DNA from: Camelus ferus
Taxonomy: Eukaryota
DNA: 64,000 nucleotides
Reading direction: 5' to 3'
NCBI RefSeq assembly: GCF_009834535.1
Contig: NC_045698.1
Location: 684,001-748,000, forward strand
Position numbers and translations under genes: made by a program. Shown here one piece after another: positions 13,481-25,943 of this stretch. The notes below the pieces were generated by a model, which had not been told where the DNA came from, did no database searches, and saw only the letters and a list, made by a program, of their open reading frames with translations. Within the stretch, counting starts at the first letter, position 1. The number at the start of each line of letters is the position of its first letter.

Positions 13481-16400
13481 AGCCCTGGGTCTACAGATAC
13501 CTTTTTACTGCCCCCCCCCCCAATTTGCACAGCAGCCAACACCCATGGGCACACGTCCAGTCGCCCAGCCTGCGCCCACGTTTGCAGGCGCAGCCTTCGC
13601 TCATGGGGACATGGCCCCATGTGGGAGGGGCGAGGGCAGGGCAGCGGGGGCCCCCAGAGGCTGGCCTGCCCTGGCAGCCTTGCGGCGGGTGAGGGACGTC
13701 GGCGTGGCCGCCCGGACACACACGTCCTCGTGCTTGTTTCCTGCGCGAACCGAGCAGGTGTGGGGCTGGGCAGTGAGGACGGGGGCCGGGCTCACCCAGG
13801 GCCTCCGGGGCCGAGGCCCCGCCCTGCTGTGTGGATTCGACTCTGAGACCAAGTCCTGATTCTCTCTTGGGGGTGTTACAGCTTTTATTTAAAGAAAAGT
13901 TTGATGTGTAAAGGGAGCTGGTACCTCAAAGCCCACCACAGTTACACCCCCCCACCCCCCCAAAAGAGAAGCCGAGCTGGACGTTAAGCAGTAGAGAAGA
14001 GAAAGGCTGGACATGCCCATATGGTGCCCTTTAGGCCGTGCCAGAAATCACCACGCCGGGCCCTTCAGCAGCAGCTCGGAGCCCGCGAGCGGCGGGGCGG
14101 TTCCCCCAGGAACACGCGGCCGAGAGCCAGGAAGCAGTTCCGCCAAAGGGGCCAGGTTGGCCCGGGGTGGCGGGCATTCTGACTCCAGGGCCGGGGCGGC
14201 CTCCCCCTGGACCCTGGACAGCAGCTCGGGTGTGTCCCCTCGGGACAGGGTCGCCAACCTCGTTCTGATGCGAAAGCACTGATTCAGGCAGGGAAACAGA
14301 CTTTTCCCTGAAATGCACCTTGAGCAGAAACTACGACCCGCTCCCCGAACCTCCCTTCAACACGCACGAACCTTCAGTGGCACCATCTGGGCGGGGAGGT
14401 GGGCTCCCCCACAAGTGCAGGCCGCCCCGAGCCCATCACGGAAGTGGACCTGGGGAGCCAGCTCTCCATGCATGGAAGCGTCCTTGTGCCTGGCAGAGCA
14501 GGGACCGTGGGCAGGACCTGAGGACCGTTCTCAGCCTCGTCCCCTTCATGTCCCGGGGCCCCCAGATCCCAAATCATGAAGAAGCCTCGTCCCCTCGAGT
14601 ATGAGCCTTCTGTCACACAGTGTTGTTCTCCAGCCAGAGCATCTCCAAGGCTTGGGGGGCAGCCCTTCACCCCCTAGCACTGAAAACCAAAGTGCACACA
14701 GAGACAATAGACACACATGGACGCACACACACAGACACACACTCACACAAGTATTCGGAGCTGGCGGCCTGCGCTACAGCCCTCCAGGTACAACTCTGAG
14801 GGAGGGTCTGTGGGACTCTGCTGCCCCACTGCCAGGACAGCCCCAGCGTCAGATCCAGGTGGAAGCAGGGTGAGGGCAGGGAGATGCCTGTGGGCTGTGC
14901 TGGGAGCGGGGAGCCAGGGAAGCCGGGCAGAGGGCGGCCCATAGAGTGGGCAGGATGAAGCTCTCTGGAGCCCCTCTGCCTCAGGCCCCTGTCCGCTGCT
15001 CCCAGGCCTGCAGACCAGCTCAGGCCAACATCGGGTAGGGGCGTCAGGCTCAGACCAGGCAGGACAGAGGCTCTGAAGGCCCCGGGCTGTGGGTGCTGCT
15101 GAGAATCCCAGGGAGAGCCTGCTGGGTCCTCAGCCGCCTTGCCAGCCCACACCCACCCTTGTCCACGGGCAGCTTTGGGGCTGGTGGTTGAGATGCCCAC
15201 CCACCCTGGCTGAGGGTAGTGCCTGACCAGACTGGGTCCCTGGGCTCCCACTGCCCAGATGGACGGGCTGTCTGGGCCCCGTGTGTCCCCTTGGCCAATG
15301 CCAATGGCCTCCCGCAGGCCCTACAGCCAGGAGGATGTCCCTCCCCGTGGAAGGGACAGGCCACTGTGCACTGGCCCTGAGCCACGGCGCCTGGCCACAG
15401 CTCCCACGTCCAGAACCTTTCACTCAGAGTCTGTTTCAGACGCAGCCCACCCCGGCCACAGAGAGGCGGAGGTGGCCGAGGGGAGTGTGGCACTCAGGAT
15501 GGGGGGGAACACGGGGGAAGGGGGGCAGGTGGGGGCCCTGAACCCCCCTGTCGATTCCCCTGAAGGAACTGCACTGGGGATGCTCGCTAGCACCCCTTTC
15601 CCGGGCAGAGTGGGAGGAAGACGGTTCACCAGGCCCATCCCCCGGCCACCACCACCCCTCCCCGGGGCACTCGTGACACCGTCACCACACGGAGCCCGGC
15701 CTCTCTTCTGAGACGGAGGCTCTGCAGGTGCCCCCTGCCGCCCTCAGCCCCGCTCCTGTCTGCTCACAGCTCAGGGGCTGCAGGGCGGTGGTCACACCTG
15801 GAGACAGCAGCTCCCGCCTCCCCTGGGTGAAGAAGCCACCGGCGGCTCCTGTCCCAGCACAAAATCTCGGCACCTCCGCGGAGCGCACAGAGGTGGCTCT
15901 GAAGCGCAGCATCAGGCCAGGTGTGTGCCGCCAGCTTGCGGAGCCGGGCATGCGGGGTGATGGCCACCAGAGTTGGTGGACACCCTGTCTGAGGCAGAGG
16001 GAAGGGAGAGCCCACCGCTGGCCAGCGCAGCCCAACCAGACTCCCCCCAGGGAGCGGGGGCCACGCCTGTGACCAGACGTGCTGGGGTCCCCTCCGGGTC
16101 GGGAGCGGCAGGAGCCCAGGAGGGCTGACACAGCCTCCGCTCGGCCACCGACACACACCCGAGTGTGAGAGGGAGACAGGACGGCATCCCACCGCTCCGC
16201 TTCCTGGCTGCCCCCCAGGGCCTGCCGACAGAACCTGCGTTTGCTTTTGTAAACTTAGGCTGCATGGTCTTCACAGCAGCGTCAGACACTAGGTCTTTTA
16301 TTCTCATGGAGTGGGGATGACAGAAAACCACTGATTGATCCTTGCTGGCTGGGTGCCCCTGCAACTCCCGCACCACTGGAGCCCATGGCCGACTGGCATT

Positions 16401-17949
16401 GGCTCAGCACAGTTTCCACACTGGAGGCTGGGAGTGGAGGGCGGGGTGGGGTGGCCCACATCCTGCCTGGGTCCTTCTGGCCCCAAGTGAGGGCAGGGGA
16501 GGGAAGGAGGAGGAGGACGGACCCTGGACAGCTGGCCCACGAGAAGAGGGGAATGGGTATGAGCAATTCTAGGGTCAGGTGGATCCCTGGCCCCGAACAG
16601 CCTGCTTTCTCCCCCACGCAGCGTCACGTACCCTGGGCAACACCCTCTTCTCCCCCATCGGGAGAGGATGAAGAGGCCAAGAACCAAACAGGGGGCTTCC
16701 CCAGGGCAAAGGCCAGCACCGTGGGCACCGTGGGCAGGCACAGAAGATGGGCCAGAAAGGGCCACAGGTGCAAGGAGGCCCGGCGGGTCAGCCTGACCCA
16801 GGGCTGTCCCCACGGCCAGGCTCTGCTGGCAAAAAGCAGCCCCACGCAAGAGGGTGCCCACTGGGAGGCCAGCTGAGAGGCAAGGCTGAGGCCCGTGGAG
16901 GCCCCAGTTTCCGTGGGGAGGCGTGTGGGGGCCCAGCCAGCCCAGCCTGAGGTCAGTGGGGAGCCTGGACTGGGGCCCTCAGGGTCCAGGAGAACCGGCA
17001 CCGCTCACTGTGCTGGCCACAGTCAGCAAGACCCCTCCGCTGAGTGCTGCTCTCGCTGGGACACCCTTTGTCAAAGACACTTCCCCTAGAACGGATTGGA
17101 TGCTGACACAACACCCCAGAAATAACTAAATAATGAGTTGCTCTGACTCATACTAATCGACGACCTGTGGAAATCAGCTGCTCACAGAGAAACAGAAAAG
17201 CACCTGTTCCCGGGTCTGCGCGGTGTCCGAGGTGCCGTGGGGAGGGTCCCCTCGGCTCTGGGGTTAAGACCACAGGCCACACATCAGGTGCCACACACCC
17301 CCCTCCTGGAGCCCACGAAATGGCTCCCGGGGCCAAGAGGGTGACCTGAGAACCAGCGGCCACTGAGTGACCAGTGTTGGGTCCACACCTGACTCTGGCC
17401 TCAGAGCAGGTCTGATGGAGGCGCGTGCCCCCGCGCCATCACGCTGACCAGAGTTCTCAAGACCGAAGGTGAGTGGCAGGTGGTTCAGTGATTAAAGGCA
17501 GGGATGGGGCACAGGGAAAGGACACAACCCAAGGGACTGGCCAGAGGGTGGTGCAGTTACACAAGCACAGCTGTGACCCAGGCCTCACTGACCAGAAGGC
17601 CAAGTGGTGCCAGCCTGACAGGAGGAGCCGGCGCTTCCTTGGTGGTCTCCAAGCTCCCCCCACCCCCCACACCCAATGTGACTTGGGCTGGGCTCTGCAC
17701 TCCAGGAGCAATGAGGTCAGAGGGTGCCCCGGGGGCTAGCACCAGCCAGTCCCAGCAGACAATGACCCAGGACTCACAGTCCTGTCCAAGCCTCGCCAGA
17801 GGGGGACCAGTGATGGGGGCATCTGGCCAAGGTCCCCGGGAGGAGAGCCTGGAGGGCCCTGGGGCAGCAGCTCGACACCAGCTCCACCACGCAGTGACAC
17901 TCGGCTATCCCCAAAGCCAGCACCTCAGCAGCCCTTCAGCCTGACCAGC

Positions 17950-18560
17950 GGCCACCAGCCACTGCCCGCCTCCCACCGGGCCCCGGACGCGGAGGACGAG
18001 CATCCCCGAGGGGACGGTCCGCACCTACCGTAGCGGCTCGGCTCGCGGCAGTAGTGCAGGATGGGCAGCGCGTCCATCCCCAGCGGCTGCGGAGAGGCTG
18101 CGAGGTCCGAGTCGGGGGCTCGGCCGGAGCCGGAGCTCTGGCTGCCGCCGCCCCCAGGCCTGGGCCCTGCGTCCTTTGCCCCGCCGGCCGCGGGTGTCAC
18201 CACGAAGCGCTGGGACATGGTAGCCCGAGCGCCGCGAAGGCTGCGGGATGGGAGCCAGCTGGCCGCGGGCGGGGCCCCAGGCGTGGGAGTGGGGGGAGGG
18301 AGGGGGCGGGCAGATGCGGGGGCGGGGCCGGGAGGACGGGGCGGGGTGGGGTAGGGAGGCGCGAGGCTGGAGGGCGGGAGGGGCGGGGAGGGGCGGGGCG
18401 GGCACCGGGGGAAGAGGGTGGACGGCCTCGAGCCGGCAGGGACCTGGGAGCGAGCGGGGACGTCGGGGAGCGGCGAGGGGACAGCCAGGGGAGCGGCCAG
18501 GGCGCGGGCAGCAGAGAAAGTCATGCGGCGGCCGGGTAGAGGCAGTGGCCCACCTTCGCG
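17950..18560. promoter_or_regulatory. CpG island / GC-box promoter for the minus-strand exon
   Basis: Very high CpG density; several GGGCGG boxes at about 18300-18400, just upstream of the minus-strand ATG. Confidence 0.8.
18029..18218 (-). CDS. SLC12A7: Putative alternative (upstream) first coding exon of K-Cl cotransporter KCC4
   Basis: Minus strand GCTACCATGTCC start; MSQRFVVTPAAGGAKDAGPRPGGGGSQSSGSGRAPDSDLAASPQPLGMDALPILHYCREPSRY(G); 190 nt, phase-1 donor G|GTAGGT; inside a CpG island. The N-terminus resembles KCC first exons (KCC2a MSRRFTVT). Assignment relies on synteny because the rest of the gene is outside the window. Confidence 0.7.
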
Positions 18561-19154
18561 AGTTCTCCTGCCCACCATGAGACACAGAAGCCTTGAGTGC
18601 CCCTTCAGAAAAGCACAGCCTGGGGTCTCCTTGCAAGACCTTGGAGGGCCCACCCCCGGCGCCAGAAGTCAGAGCACCACGCCCTGGTCTGGGGAAGGGA
18701 CAGGCCAGGGACGCTGGAGACCTGTCTTTGGTGTGGGGAGGGCGACCACCCCCAGTGCCAGACACTGAGGGTACCCACAGAGATTCCCAGAGTGAACTGA
18801 GGGGAGGCCTCCAGTGGGGAGGGTCTGAGGGAGGGAACCTGGCCTGGCATGGCCACCCCCCTGCTCCCCACCAACTTTGGCCTCATGGCAGCCAGGGGTC
18901 CGGCCATTCAGCCCAGGAGGTCAGGTAGATGGCTTCCCTGGAACTTCTGCCTGGAAACAAGCCCCTGGAGGGCACAGGGCCCAGGGCAGAGGCGGGGGTG
19001 GGGAGGCAGGAGGAACTGGGCAGAACCAGCCCACTCTGTTCTCCAGGCACCCCAGGCGCTCTCCAGTTTGCGTTCCCTCCGAGGCTCAGGTCAGTATTGC
19101 CACCACCTCACATTCATTTGTGTTGCACTTAGCAAGACTCAGTGTGTTTTTCAC

Positions 19155-19400
19155 ATTCATTCATTCGTTCAGTGAATGTTTATTAGTGCCTAGAAATGCC
19201 AGGCCTGTGGATGGCAAAAGACAGAAACCCCTGCTTCTTTGAAGCATGCATTCTAGAGGAGCAGCAGAGATAAGAACTCTGAGTAAGAGGCAAACAAAGA
19301 GGGGTCTGGTGGGGGGGCGGATTTTAAACGGGATGTCTGGAGCAGTGCTGGGAGAAGATGATATTCAAGCAATAACTTAAAGGAGGTAGGTGTCAGCTGT
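19155..19400 (-). mobile_element. L2 3' fragment
   Basis: CATTCATTCATTCGTTCAGTGAATGTTTATTAGTGCCTA...TGCCAGGC...CATTCTAG. Confidence 0.65.
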
Positions 19401-19409
19401 GTATGGTTT

Positions 19410-19620
19410 CCATTCACTCCCCTCATGATCCATGATGGCTGCTTCTGGTCCAGCCATCACATTTGTATTCCAGCAGGGGAGGGAGGAAACCGTGGAAGGG
19501 CAATGAGCACCCCTCCCAAGAACATGACCCAGAAGTTGCACACAGCACCTTTGCTTAACGCATTAGCCGGAACTTTGTCATGTGACTACACCCGCCTGTT
19601 AAGAAGACAGGAACTGTGCC
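19410..19620 (-). mobile_element. Old MLT1-like LTR fragment
   Basis: GATGGCTGC...TCCAGCCATCACATTTGTATTCCAGCAG...CATTAGCCGGAACTTTGTCATGTGACTACACC. Confidence 0.55.
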
Positions 19621-19939
19621 TGCCAGTGTTTGGTGTCTCTGGTAATGAGGAGGAGTGAGAGGTTAGGTATTAGAGGCACGTTGAGCACAGGAGGAGAGTT
19701 CAGGGGCTTTGGACGGTGAAGCCTCCTTTCTTGCACCCAGCCTCTCATCACCCCCACCTCCCTTCACATGGGAGCAGCAGGGACAGTCAGGCCTGAGTTC
19801 TCACACGTGCAGGCACACCTGGCCGCCCCCTCTTATTCCTGCACAACCTTCTTGGGCTCTTCAGCTTCCACAGGTCTCCAGTTCTTCATGATTCATGGGG
19901 ACCTGCCCCCCCCCACTATCCCAGTCTTCAATATTCTCT

Positions 19940-20480
19940 CCCCTCTCCATTAATTTTTTTTCTCAAGATGAATGTTGGAATCATTTTGGAAAGTTTTCCC
20001 CCAAGTACTTTTATGTTTTGATCAAAAGGCATTCAATTTAAAAGTAAATTTGCTGGAAACATGTCTTTCTGGTGTCAGTGCTTTCTACCCTGCTCCCACA
20101 CGGCTTTCTCGTTAAGTTAATTCATATGCATTCACATTTTTTGTTACTAATGTAAGGGGTCTTGCAACTATACTGAAATATAAAAACAAAAACAAAACAA
20201 ACATTATGGGCTGTTGTGTATTTATTTTGTAACCTGCCACCTCCCAGAACTCTCAATTCTACTACTCACTTGTTTTTCCAGTTCAGCCTCTGAGGTTTTG
20301 CAGGGGAATCTTTTTACCTGTAAAGGACGATAGCTTTGTCTTTCTTTGTTTTCATTCCTCCCTTTGTTCTTGTTTTGGGATTTTCGAGAAATTCCAGGGC
20401 AAGGTGAAATCACATGTTGGCTAGAGCTCCTTGTCTGGTCAGAACTGAGATGGAAACCGCCCTGGTGGTCGCTGTCAGTC
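19940..20480 (-). mobile_element. Highly eroded L1 fragment
   Basis: T-rich block with L1 ORF2-antisense-like phrases (GAATCATTTTGGAAAG, TACTGAAATATAAAAAC). Confidence 0.4.
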
Positions 20481-22119
20481 ACCGGAAGCCCCCCAAGCCG
20501 CTGAAAGGCCACCAGCCCCGCTCGGCCCTGAGTGCCAGCCTTCGGACCCGGCGGCCACTGTGGGCCGGCTTGACCAAGGAGGTCTGGAGCGAGGCTTCGG
20601 GGAGGCTCCGCAGCGCTTGGCCCTCAAGCCTGTTCCTCCCTCTGTCTAGGTGCCATCAGGGGAGGGTCCCTCCCAGCCTGGGCTTGTGTTTCCAGCTTTC
20701 CCTCTGCAACGCCCACCAGAGCCTCGCGCCTGGATGACCTAGAATTCCGGACCACTCTGGAAGTGCATGGAAACCACTGGCCATGCCGACCTCGGCCAGT
20801 GGACCTCGGACGAATGGGCTTGCTGCATCCACCATCCTCTCGGTGCCACGTGGGCAGTGGCCGCATGGCCTAATCTGAGAGGTCCTTGGCCAGGGCCCCT
20901 CTCCCTGTCCTGGTGGTGTGGGTGGGACCATGTGACTCCAGAGCCTGCCTGCATAGCAGCAAGAGAGAAAAAACGGAAAATATTGATTTTTTCTTTAAAA
21001 TGTTTGAAACAGAAAAATACAGCCTGGCCCACGTAAGTTCCCTCGTGCCTGGTGAGAGAGAAGTGAAGAATGGAGGGCAGAGTGATGGCGGCGGGGGGAC
21101 ACCCAGCGCGAGAGACACGCCGGGGCACAGGAGGCAGCCCTGGGGCAGGGCATGGGGCTGGGGTTGGAGGAGGAGGGTGAGCTAGCTGGCGTCCCGTTTC
21201 CCTCCTCTCTGGTTCACTGAGTCTGCTGCCGTCCCGTGACCTCCTCCTTTATGCTCCTTTCTACTGTCGTGGTCTGGATACTCAGTTTTAAAAACTTGAT
21301 CTGCATTATGTCTTGGTAAATAAAGAAAAGATTGAAGACCACACTTTTACTCTGAAAATACATTTGGCCTCATCTCTCAGGTTGATCTTTTCTGGGTACC
21401 TTCTCAGTGTCACTGTTTTATATGCCACCTTCGGAGTCACAAGCTGCCAGTGGGTCTCCTGGCGGGATGGGGCAGTGAGGAGGCCGTGTGGCGAGGGGTC
21501 CACGCTATGGACCGGCCGCCAATGCGGGAGCCGGCAGTGTCACAGGCTCTCCCTGGCTGCACTGCAAGGGTCTGGACGTGCATGAAGCAGACAGCCTGAC
21601 CTACCGCCACACGGCCCATCCACCCACAACCCAGCCTGTCAGAGGGTTTCAGCAGCAAGTGTTCAGATTCCCTTTCATCTGGTAAACCCAGCTCCTCTGC
21701 TGCATCCCTGCGTCCTGGTGGACACAACATTGGTGCCCTCAAACGCCTGGCTGGAGGCGGATCTTCCGGGGGACACAGACCTGAGCCCACCTTGTGAGGA
21801 AAGCACCGTCCTCCTGTGAGGGGCCCCACCACACGCCTGGCAGGGAGCGGAGGGGGTGCCTGCGTCCTCGTGCTCTGAGGACAGAGCTCGGATCCCGTTG
21901 CAGTGAAAGTTCTCTCTGTTCTGTAGCTGTCTTTTTAATGCTGCCCACCCCACTGCACCCCACTGTGTTCTGGGGGACAGGCCAGGTCAAGGGGTCCCAG
22001 CTGGCAGGACAGTGAGGCCTTGGCCTCTCCCCGCCCCCAGCCCCTCAGTCCAGTCTTTTGAGCCCAGGAGCCAGGAGCCACCTCCTTCTCTCACTAATAC
22101 TCAGGCGAGTTCACGAAGG

Positions 22120-22325
22120 AGTGAACATTACATTATGACAGACTTGAGTTAATAACGATGTATCAGTGTTGGCTCGTCAGTTGTAACAAACTAAGGCAAG
22201 GTGTTCCTAGCGGAGAAACCACGTAGCGAGGAGAGGAGGCGTACGGGGGCTGCTTGTACCCGCGACCGGTGTTCTCTGCAAGCCTAGACCTGCCGTAAGA
22301 GAATTAAGTCCGTAAGTTTAAAACA
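22120..22325 (+). mobile_element. L1MC-like 3' end
   Basis: GACTTGAGTTAATAACGATGTATCAGTGTTGGCTCGTCAGTTGTAACAAA... Confidence 0.6.
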
Positions 22326-22404
22326 TCAAGGGGATGGGAAAGCGCTACATTCTGTAAGACACTGAAGCGCGCCAGCTGGCTACGACGTCCTGGGAGATTC
22401 GTAT

Positions 22405-22565
22405 TTTTTCTCAATCCGTTTATTGAGATGTAACTGACACGCAGCCCTGCATGTTTCAGGTGTGCAGCATAATGAGCTGATTTACATGCATCATGAAATG
22501 AGGACCACGACAAGTTGAGTGAACACCCATCATCTCATGTAGGTACAAAATGAAGAAATGGCAAA
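22405..22565 (-). mobile_element. L1 3' end (L1MA9/artiodactyl-type)
   Basis: TTTATTGAGATGTAACTGACA...CAGCATAATGA...CATCATGAAATG...GTGAACACCCATCATCTCATGTAGGTACAAAAT. Confidence 0.65.
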
Positions 22566-25500
22566 CGTGTGACCCGTTGGTAACCAAGGGGAGGCAGGGA
22601 CTGCCGAGAGGAGCAGGAAGACAGGCTTCCTTCGTGACTCCAGACTTTGAGAGGCAGCGACCACCTTGTCTGCTGAAGGTGAAGGATCCCTTTGGCCGGC
22701 TGCTCCCTGTGAGTCTATGGAAGGCTTGGTTCCTGTCTGCAGCACTGAGACGTTGCCTGGAGAGGGACAGGCTCAGGGTTGGGCTTGTTACGGGAATGGC
22801 CCTGCCCTTGGGAAAAGGGGGCCCCTCCGGCTGCAGGACACAGAGCCCTGACGGGGAGGTCGGTGCCTCCAACCCCGGGCAGGGGCACCGGCTGAGCGGT
22901 CCCTCCTGCCTCAGGACTCACCTCCCCGCAGCCAGGAAGGGCAGAGAACCACAGCGGCCACCCCATCCCCAGCCCTGGAGGTCGGGCTGCCTCCTGGGCC
23001 CTGGAGCACGAGGGCCACGTTCCGGCCAAGCTGGCCAGCCTGGTCCTCTGTTGCTGACCATCAGGAGTCTAAGGGAGAGCAGCGGTGAGGGGGGTTTGGG
23101 TGAGGCTGGGGGTGGGGGTGTGATGGCTGGTGCTGGATGTGTGCTGAGCTGTGACGCTGGCCAGGGAGTGATTTTGCTGAAGACTGAGGAGGTGACGGGG
23201 GGCTCAGGAGGAGTCAGAAAGATGATTCCTGACTTGAGGGTCCTCACTGTGCCAAGAAGGAGGGGAAGTAGGGCTGGACCTGTACATGCAGGGCCACAGC
23301 AGGTGCCTCCCAGAGTCCGCAGGAGCTAGTCCCCAGGGGGAGCTAGTTTTCTTTTGGGGTCACTCTCCCACCTTTAGAATGTTCTCTTCAGGTTCTGAAC
23401 CTTTCCGGTGGGTCCTGCCAGCCCAGCACACCTCTCTGGGATGAGGCAGCCGCCTGTGGCCCTGGTTCTCCCAGTGGGCCCTTCTGTTCTATTTCCTGCT
23501 TTGCTCCAGCACATGAGATGGTGTGCAGTGCCTCTGACGCTCAGAAATTAGCGTGCAGTGATGGGTGGGTGGATGACGGAGAAACAGAGGGGTGAACGGA
23601 TGCAGGGAAGATGGATTGTCGATGGATGGAGGGGTGGATGGATGATGGGTGGAAGAATAAATGCCTGGAGCCTTCTTTCTAGCACAGCTGGCACTCAGAA
23701 AACCTAATTTTCATCCTTCTTTTCTTCTAGAAAGTGTCAAAATGGTTTTGGTTTGCCCTGGACCCTGATGGCTATTTGGCTTAAGCTCTGCCTCTCTACC
23801 TTGAATTGTGTGCTGAGATCAGGCAGTGTAACTGCCCTCAAGGAGTTTAGATGAAGAGAGGGAGAAAGAGAGCAGTCAGGAACCAGGCCCACGGGAGGCG
23901 GGGTGTGGGCAGGGGCACGTAGGGGAGATGCCAGGCCTGGTCCCAGGGATGGTGGGCGACCCTGAGGCTGCTGCGATTTTCTCTGAGCAGGGCTAGGGAG
24001 ATGGAGCAGGAGGGGCCGGTTGTAGTGGGGGGTGGCCTCGCTGCCCTCCCCTCCGCGGTCATCCCCTCCCATCATTCTGCCCTTCTGGGGAAGCCCGGGT
24101 TTGTCCCGGCTGCTCCCTCTCTGGAAGGACTTCAGCAGGTGGCGAGGCTCTGAGCCCATCCCTGCAGCTAACCCCCCCCCCCCCTGCTTTTGCTGGGCAG
24201 TGAGCTGGGGGTGGGGGTAGGTGTGAGGGTGAGGGTTGGGAGAAAAGGAACATTTCTGAGAATGATTTCTGCAGGGCCAGGCAAGGAGGTCGCAGCTGGA
24301 GAGGCACTTTCCTCCTCAGGCCCGGGCAGGGGTCTGGGACTTACGCCTGGGCATGGGGTCTGTCTGCTTGCTAGTCTGTGGCCAGTGCAGTTAGAGGTGG
24401 CCCCGGTCCAGTGTCCAGTGCTGTGGGGGTCGGATCAGCCTCAGACAGGCCTGCCTGGTTCTAGATCAGTGTCTGGGGATGAGGGGTCAGGGTGCTCAGG
24501 ACCCTCCATGGTGGACCCATGTGCCTCCCCGACCTGGAAACCCCAGTCTTCCTCTGACCACGTTGTGCCCAGGTCATCGAGTCAGTTGTCAGCCTTGGGA
24601 CCCTCCCTGCAGTGAGACCTGCCCCACTTTGGACGTGTAAACACGGAAACTTGGGCCACCCGACCTGCGGCCGCGCTCAGCACCGCGACCTGATCCCTTG
24701 GGCTCCTCCAGCCCCTCCTCACTCCCTTGGAGGGTCAGGTTTCCTGGGCTGGGCGGCTCAGCCTGCTCAAGCGGCAGAAGCCCGGGGTGACCCTGGCCCT
24801 GAGCCTCCCTGAGGTCACTCCCGTGGCTTGGGGGTACAGTGGTGCGCTGCAGCCTGTGACCCTCAAGCCTCAAGGGACAGCAGACACCAGTTGGCTCTGC
24901 CTCCCGTGCTGAGTGGCCGGGCACTGCCCGCAGGTGGGCAGTCTGAGTCTCAAAGTCTCCTCACGTCACAGACAGCCTGCTCTTTGAGAAGGTCTAAGAC
25001 AGAATGTACCTAGTGCACGATCCATACTTTCTCACCGTCTGTCCATCCGTCCGTCCATCTGCAGCACAAGGCCTGCAGAGAATGGGATGGGGCACACAGG
25101 CCTGGGGACACTAGTGGGAGCCCCTGTGGTGGCTCTTCTGAGGGGCCTGCTGTCAGGAAAGCGGAGGGTGAGTAAGGCGCCAGAAGCAGGGCAAAGTCGT
25201 GGTAGGCAGTACATAGGGAAGGGCGCGTGGGGCCCACATTCCCGTCAGGCCAAAGATGGGGGTTCAGAGCAGATGGGAGAGATGCTGAAACAACTGAAAT
25301 GACCAGACCCAGGTGCTTCCTTTTCTCTGCTCAGGTGGTGCTGTCTCACACCCTGGGCCCCTCCCCAGCTTCACGGGGCAGGTGGTCCCTGAGGCTCCTG
25401 GCCTCTCTCCTACTTGGCCTTCAGTTGGCTTCACGGAGAAAAGCACCCCCCACTGTCGTCCGGGCTGGGGGCCACACCCGATGGACGTGCCTGACGCCGT

Positions 25501-25872
25501 CTTTGTAGAATCCCCCAGAGGCATAAACGTTGCAACTTACAAATGAGGATACAGGCTCGGAGCAGGCGACAACTTCCCTGGCTCCCAGCTGGTGGGTGTT
25601 GAGCCCGCATCCCCAACCACGAGGCTCTGCATCAGGTCCCGCCGCCCAGGCGTCTGCTGGGGTCTGAGTCCCCTCCCCGTGGCCCTTGGCATCGCTTTTC
25701 AAGAGTCCTCCCCTCAAACAGCCTGGCTTAGACGTGCCTGCTTTGGGGCTGCCAGGCCTGGGGGGTGGCGTCTGTGAGCCCCCAGCCCCGCACAGGGCAG
25801 GAGCTGCACTGTCTCCCTCTTTTTGCAATGACAGGCTCCCCCCGTGGGGCTGACTGGGGGGGTTTACGAGGA

Positions 25873-25943
25873 TGTATGTGTGTGTGTGTGTGTGAGTGTG
25901 TGAGACAGTGTGTGTGCGTGCGTGCGTGTGTGTGTGTGTGAGA
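25873..25943. repeat. Interrupted (TG)n microsatellite
   Basis: TGTGTG... runs. Confidence 0.9.

Noticed and set aside
17925..18653. 242-aa minus-strand ORF as a single-exon gene
   Set aside because: Only 18218-18029 has Kozak, donor and family resemblance; the rest is promoter or intron sequence.
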